NCBI GenBank assembly: GCA_030642325.1
Contig: DAOWNY010000001.1
Span: 1 to 30,209, forward strand
Direction: 5' to 3'
Length of the DNA: 30,209 nt
Origin: Deltaproteobacteria bacterium
Lineage (GTDB): Bacteria; Desulfobacterota; DAOWNY01
Below the pieces are notes generated by a model. The model was not told where the DNA came from, ran no database searches, and saw only the letters and a list, made by a program, of their open reading frames with translations. The stretch's first letter is position 1, and every line of letters starts with the position of its first letter. Shown in pieces: positions 27,133-30,209 of this stretch. Position numbers and translations under genes: made by a program.

Positions 27133-27717
27133 TTGAACCTGATCGTAGGACTGGGAAATCCCGGGGAAAGATATCGGTTTACCCGGCATAACATAGGCTT
27201 TCAGGTACTGGAATTCCTTGCCGTGGAATGGAGTATCCCCATTAATAGAGAAAAGATGGGGGCCTGCTGGGGAAGAGGAAGCTTTGAAAATAATGATGTT
27301 ATATTGTTAAAACCGAATACATTCATGAATTTAAGCGGGGAAGTGGTGAGTCGCTTTGTAAGATATTTTCGGATTAACATTGAAGACATGATGGTTGTTT
27401 ATGATGATATTGACCTGGAATTTGGGACCACTAGAATCAGGGAAGGGGGGGGGAGCGGAGGTCACAAAGGGGTCCAATCGATAATAGAAAAATTGGGTGA
27501 TAATAAGTTTATCCGAATTCGGATGGGTGTTGATCGCCCTGAAAAAACCTATGATGTGTCGAATTATGTGTTGGGAGTATTTGACCAGCATCAAAGGGGT
27601 GCCGTAAAGTCATATATCAATCAAGCGGCAGAAGCGATTAAAACTGTAGTTTCCGAAGGAATGGTTGTGGCCATGAACCGTTTCAATCGCAAGGTAAAAC
27701 TGACAGAACTCAATTAA
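27133..27717 (+). CDS. pth: Peptidyl-tRNA hydrolase
   Basis: LIVGLGNPG..Y..TRHNIGF, KPNTFMNLSG, YDDIDL, GGSGGHKG, YVLG; TTG start. Confidence 0.97.
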   Translation: MNLIVGLGNPGERYRFTRHNIGFQVLEFLAVEWSIPINREKMGACWGRGSFENNDVILLKPNTFMNLSGEVVSRFVRYFRINIEDMMVVYDDIDLEFGTTRIREGGGSGGHKGVQSIIEKLGDNKFIRIRMGVDRPEKTYDVSNYVLGVFDQHQRGAVKSYINQAAEAIKTVVSEGMVVAMNRFNRKVKLTELN

Positions 27718-27751
27718 GGAATTAATTTGCTAAATTTAAGGAGTAGAAACA

Positions 27752-29833
27752 ATGTTGTGTGAAGGGTTTGTGTATATTATTCCGATGTTTGGTTTATTAG
27801 CCCTGATTTTTGCATGTAGCAAATCTATATGGGTTAATAAGCAGGATCCGGGAACGGATAAAATGCAAGAAATCTCCAGACACGTAAAAGAGGGAGCAAT
27901 GGCTTTCCTCATGCGGGAATATAAGGTATTAATAGTTTTTGTCATCTGCGTTGCGGTCCTTTTAGCAATTGCCAACCTCAAGAGTACCCCGGAAGTTTAC
28001 CGAAATCCCTTGGTGGCGCTGTCTTTTGTCCTGGGCGCGTTCTGTTCGGGGCTTTCCGGTTATTTTGGGATGCGCGTAGCTACATCCGCCAATTGCCGGA
28101 CCACCAATGCTGCCAGAACCAGCCTTAACAAAGCCCTGGTGGTGGCCTTCTCCGGGGGAACGGTGATGGGTATGTGCGTGGTGGGACTGGGACTTTTGGG
28201 ACTGGGAACCCTCTTTATCCTTTATTACAAAATGGGTCTCCTGGGTGATGCTTCCCATAATCTTACCGATGTGATTACAGTTCTTACCGGATTTTCCCTC
28301 GGGGCATCTTCCATCGCCCTTTTTGCCAGAGTAGGTGGCGGAATATATACTAAAGCCGCTGATGTGGGAGCGGACTTGGTGGGAAAAGTGGAAGCCGGTA
28401 TTCCTGAAGACGATCCCCGTAATCCGGCTACGATTGCCGATAATGTTGGTGACAATGTTGGTGATGTGGCGGGAATGGGTGCCGATCTATTCGAGTCTTA
28501 CGTTGGTTCAATAATTGGATCAATGGTTTTGGGCGCTACGGCTGTTGGATTTGCAGGGGCAAATTTTAACGCAGTAATGCTTCCCATGATATTGGCCGGG
28601 GCAGGAATAATTGTTTCCATGGTTGGAACCTTTTTCGTTAGAGTCAGAGAAGGGGGAAATCCCCAGAGCGCATTAAACGCCGGGATGTTTGGATCCGGGA
28701 TAATCATGCTGGTCGTAACGTATTTCGTATGCCGCTATTTAATTCCCGGGGAGATTGAGATTGCGAATTATCCGGGAATATCAGCCATGGATATCTTTTT
28801 GGCTACCATAAGCGGATTACTTGCCGGGATAGCCATCGGATTGACCACCGAGTATTACACCTCCAAAGAGAAAAGTCCTGTTCACGGTATCGCCAGTGAT
28901 TCTTTAACGGGGCCGGCCACCAACATTATTGCCGGTCTTGCGGTGGGTATGCGCTCCACCTGTCTCCCCGTTATCTGGATCTGCATGGCTATTCTTCTTT
29001 CCCATGAATTTGCCGGGTTATACGGCATTGCCATCGCTGCATTAGGAATGCTTTCGACTACAGGCATCCAGTTGGCGGTGGATGCCTACGGTCCCATTGC
29101 CGATAATGCCGGAGGGCTGGCTGAGATGGCCGCACTTCCCCCGGAAGTTAGAGAAAGGACCGACAATCTGGATGCGGTCGGCAATACCACCGCCGCCATC
29201 GGAAAGGGATTTGCAATCGGTTCGGCAGCACTAACCGCCTTAGCCCTTTTTGCCGCTTATCGAACCCAGGCGGGCATTGACACCCTTGATCTAACCCAAC
29301 CAAAAATAATGGCAGGCCTGTTCATCGGCGGCATGATGCCCTTCCTTTTTTCTTCCATGGCGATCAGTGCGGTCGGAAAAGCGGCCTTTGCCATGATTGA
29401 AGAAGTAAGACGCCAATTCCGGGAAATTGAGGGACTCCTGGAAGGTAAAGCAGTTGCCGAATACGCGAAATGCGTTGATATTGCAACTTCTGCAGCCATC
29501 AAGAAGATGGTGGCGCCTAGTCTTATGGCAATTGTTGTTCCGGTTGTTTTCGGTTTTGTAGATAAAGATGCCCTGGGCGGGCTCCTTGCCGGGGTTACCG
29601 TATCGGGTGTGCTCCTGGCCATTTTTCAGGCCAATGCGGGAGGAGCCTGGGATAACGCTAAAAAATATATTGAAGAAGGACATTACGAAGGGAAGGGATC
29701 AGACGCTCATAAGGCTGCCGTGATTGGTGATACAGTAGGTGATCCCCTTAAAGATACCAGCGGACCTTCCCTCAATATCCTCATTAAACTTATGTCGGTG
29801 GTGGCTTTAGTTATTGCCCCATTAATCAAATAA
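27752..29833 (+). CDS. hppA: Membrane-bound pyrophosphatase, K+-dependent, probably Na+-translocating
   Basis: [89 protein letters not shown]. Confidence 0.95.
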   Translation: MLCEGFVYIIPMFGLLALIFACSKSIWVNKQDPGTDKMQEISRHVKEGAMAFLMREYKVLIVFVICVAVLLAIANLKSTPEVYRNPLVALSFVLGAFCSGLSGYFGMRVATSANCRTTNAARTSLNKALVVAFSGGTVMGMCVVGLGLLGLGTLFILYYKMGLLGDASHNLTDVITVLTGFSLGASSIALFARVGGGIYTKAADVGADLVGKVEAGIPEDDPRNPATIADNVGDNVGDVAGMGADLFESYVGSIIGSMVLGATAVGFAGANFNAVMLPMILAGAGIIVSMVGTFFVRVREGGNPQSALNAGMFGSGIIMLVVTYFVCRYLIPGEIEIANYPGISAMDIFLATISGLLAGIAIGLTTEYYTSKEKSPVHGIASDSLTGPATNIIAGLAVGMRSTCLPVIWICMAILLSHEFAGLYGIAIAALGMLSTTGIQLAVDAYGPIADNAGGLAEMAALPPEVRERTDNLDAVGNTTAAIGKGFAIGSAALTALALFAAYRTQAGIDTLDLTQPKIMAGLFIGGMMPFLFSSMAISAVGKAAFAMIEEVRRQFREIEGLLEGKAVAEYAKCVDIATSAAIKKMVAPSLMAIVVPVVFGFVDKDALGGLLAGVTVSGVLLAIFQANAGGAWDNAKKYIEEGHYEGKGSDAHKAAVIGDTVGDPLKDTSGPSLNILIKLMSVVALVIAPLIK

Positions 29834-29882
29834 AAATAAATATAACATTGTGATTCAACAAGGTTCATCCAGTAAAAAGGCG

Positions 29883-29918
29883 TGCCCGGCTAAACTCTTT
29901 ATATAGAGAAGTCGGGCA
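29883..29918 (+). terminator. Hairpin after hppA, possible terminator
   Basis: tgcccggct...agtcgggca outer stem with an inner ctct/agag pairing, followed by ttctt. Confidence 0.4.
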
Positions 29919-29934
29919 TTCTTATTATAACAAC

Positions 29935-30124
29935 TGTAACGGTTCACGGTTTTTTTCAATGAAATGGATTTTATAACGATACAAAACATGTTCGGCATGT
30001 GAGCATTTTGGCTATATTAGCTGACTGCTAAAGGCTAAGTACTCAATTCAGCTCATAGTTCTTAAGATCCTAAGTTTTTACCAATAGTTAACTGTAAACC
30101 GTAAACTGTCTGTGAACGGATACA
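29935..30124 (-). repeat. Intergenic repeat family B, copy 3 (inverted; carries a family A left arm)
   Basis: Reverse complement starts tgtatccgttcacagacagtttacggttt, as B1 does, and ends accgtgaaccgttaca. Contains ttagcctttagcagtcagctaatatagccaaaatgctcaca. Confidence 0.82.
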
Positions 30125-30150
30125 AATTATATTTTCATGAGATGAGACAG

Positions 30151-30209
30151 ATGGCTCAGAAAATAATCTGCCAGAATAAACGGGCACGACACGACTATCA
30201 CATTACCGA
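30151..30209 (+). CDS. smpB: SsrA-binding protein SmpB, 5' fragment, runs off the window edge
   Basis: MAQKIICQNKRARHDYHIT matches the SmpB N-terminal motif I..NKKARHDY.I. Alternative in-frame ATG at 30142. Confidence 0.85.
   Translation, partial: MAQKIICQNKRARHDYHIT

Noticed and set aside
1511-29683. Numerous 60-130 aa ORFs overlapping the assigned genes on the opposite strand or in another frame (e.g. 1718-2011, 4012-4410, 5283-5654, 13967-14356, 15283-15675, 20947-21315, 29257-29683)
   Set aside because: Shadow ORFs of well-conserved housekeeping genes with no independent motifs.
466-30124. CRISPR array interpretation of the repeats
   Set aside because: The repeats are dispersed, degenerate and lack regular unique spacers; no cas genes.

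Overview
AT-rich bacterial chromosomal window of mostly housekeeping genes. Gene content suggests Desulfobacterota/deltaproteobacteria (inference). In order: partial YgiQ-family radical SAM gene, CBS+ACT protein, thioesterase, hemB-ahbD, then a minus-strand run pyrG-kdsA-kdsC-lptC-lptA-lptB-rpoN followed by pilT, a second PilT/PilU ATPase, a zinc-ribbon/pseudo-receiver protein and yggS. Divergent from pyrG lie lptF-lptG, a stand-alone C-terminal half of carB, DUF1844, a DegP/DegQ protease, ispE-spoVG-tRNA-Gln-prs-rplY-pth, a membrane pyrophosphatase (Na+-type signature) and the start of smpB. The unusual signal is intergenic. At least seven 170-260 bp elements are built from inverted arrays of degenerate 7-nt repeats. 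Several enclose decayed 3' ends of what look like four-helix-bundle protein genes (TIGR02436/PF05635-like; e.g. NEIKRMLNGFMQKL, GSxx*LRTQxYI...ISKRL). They form two families that share modules and sit just upstream of genes or where usual operon partners are missing. No transposase, integrase or CRISPR array is visible. All assignments come from motif recognition by eye, with no database searches.
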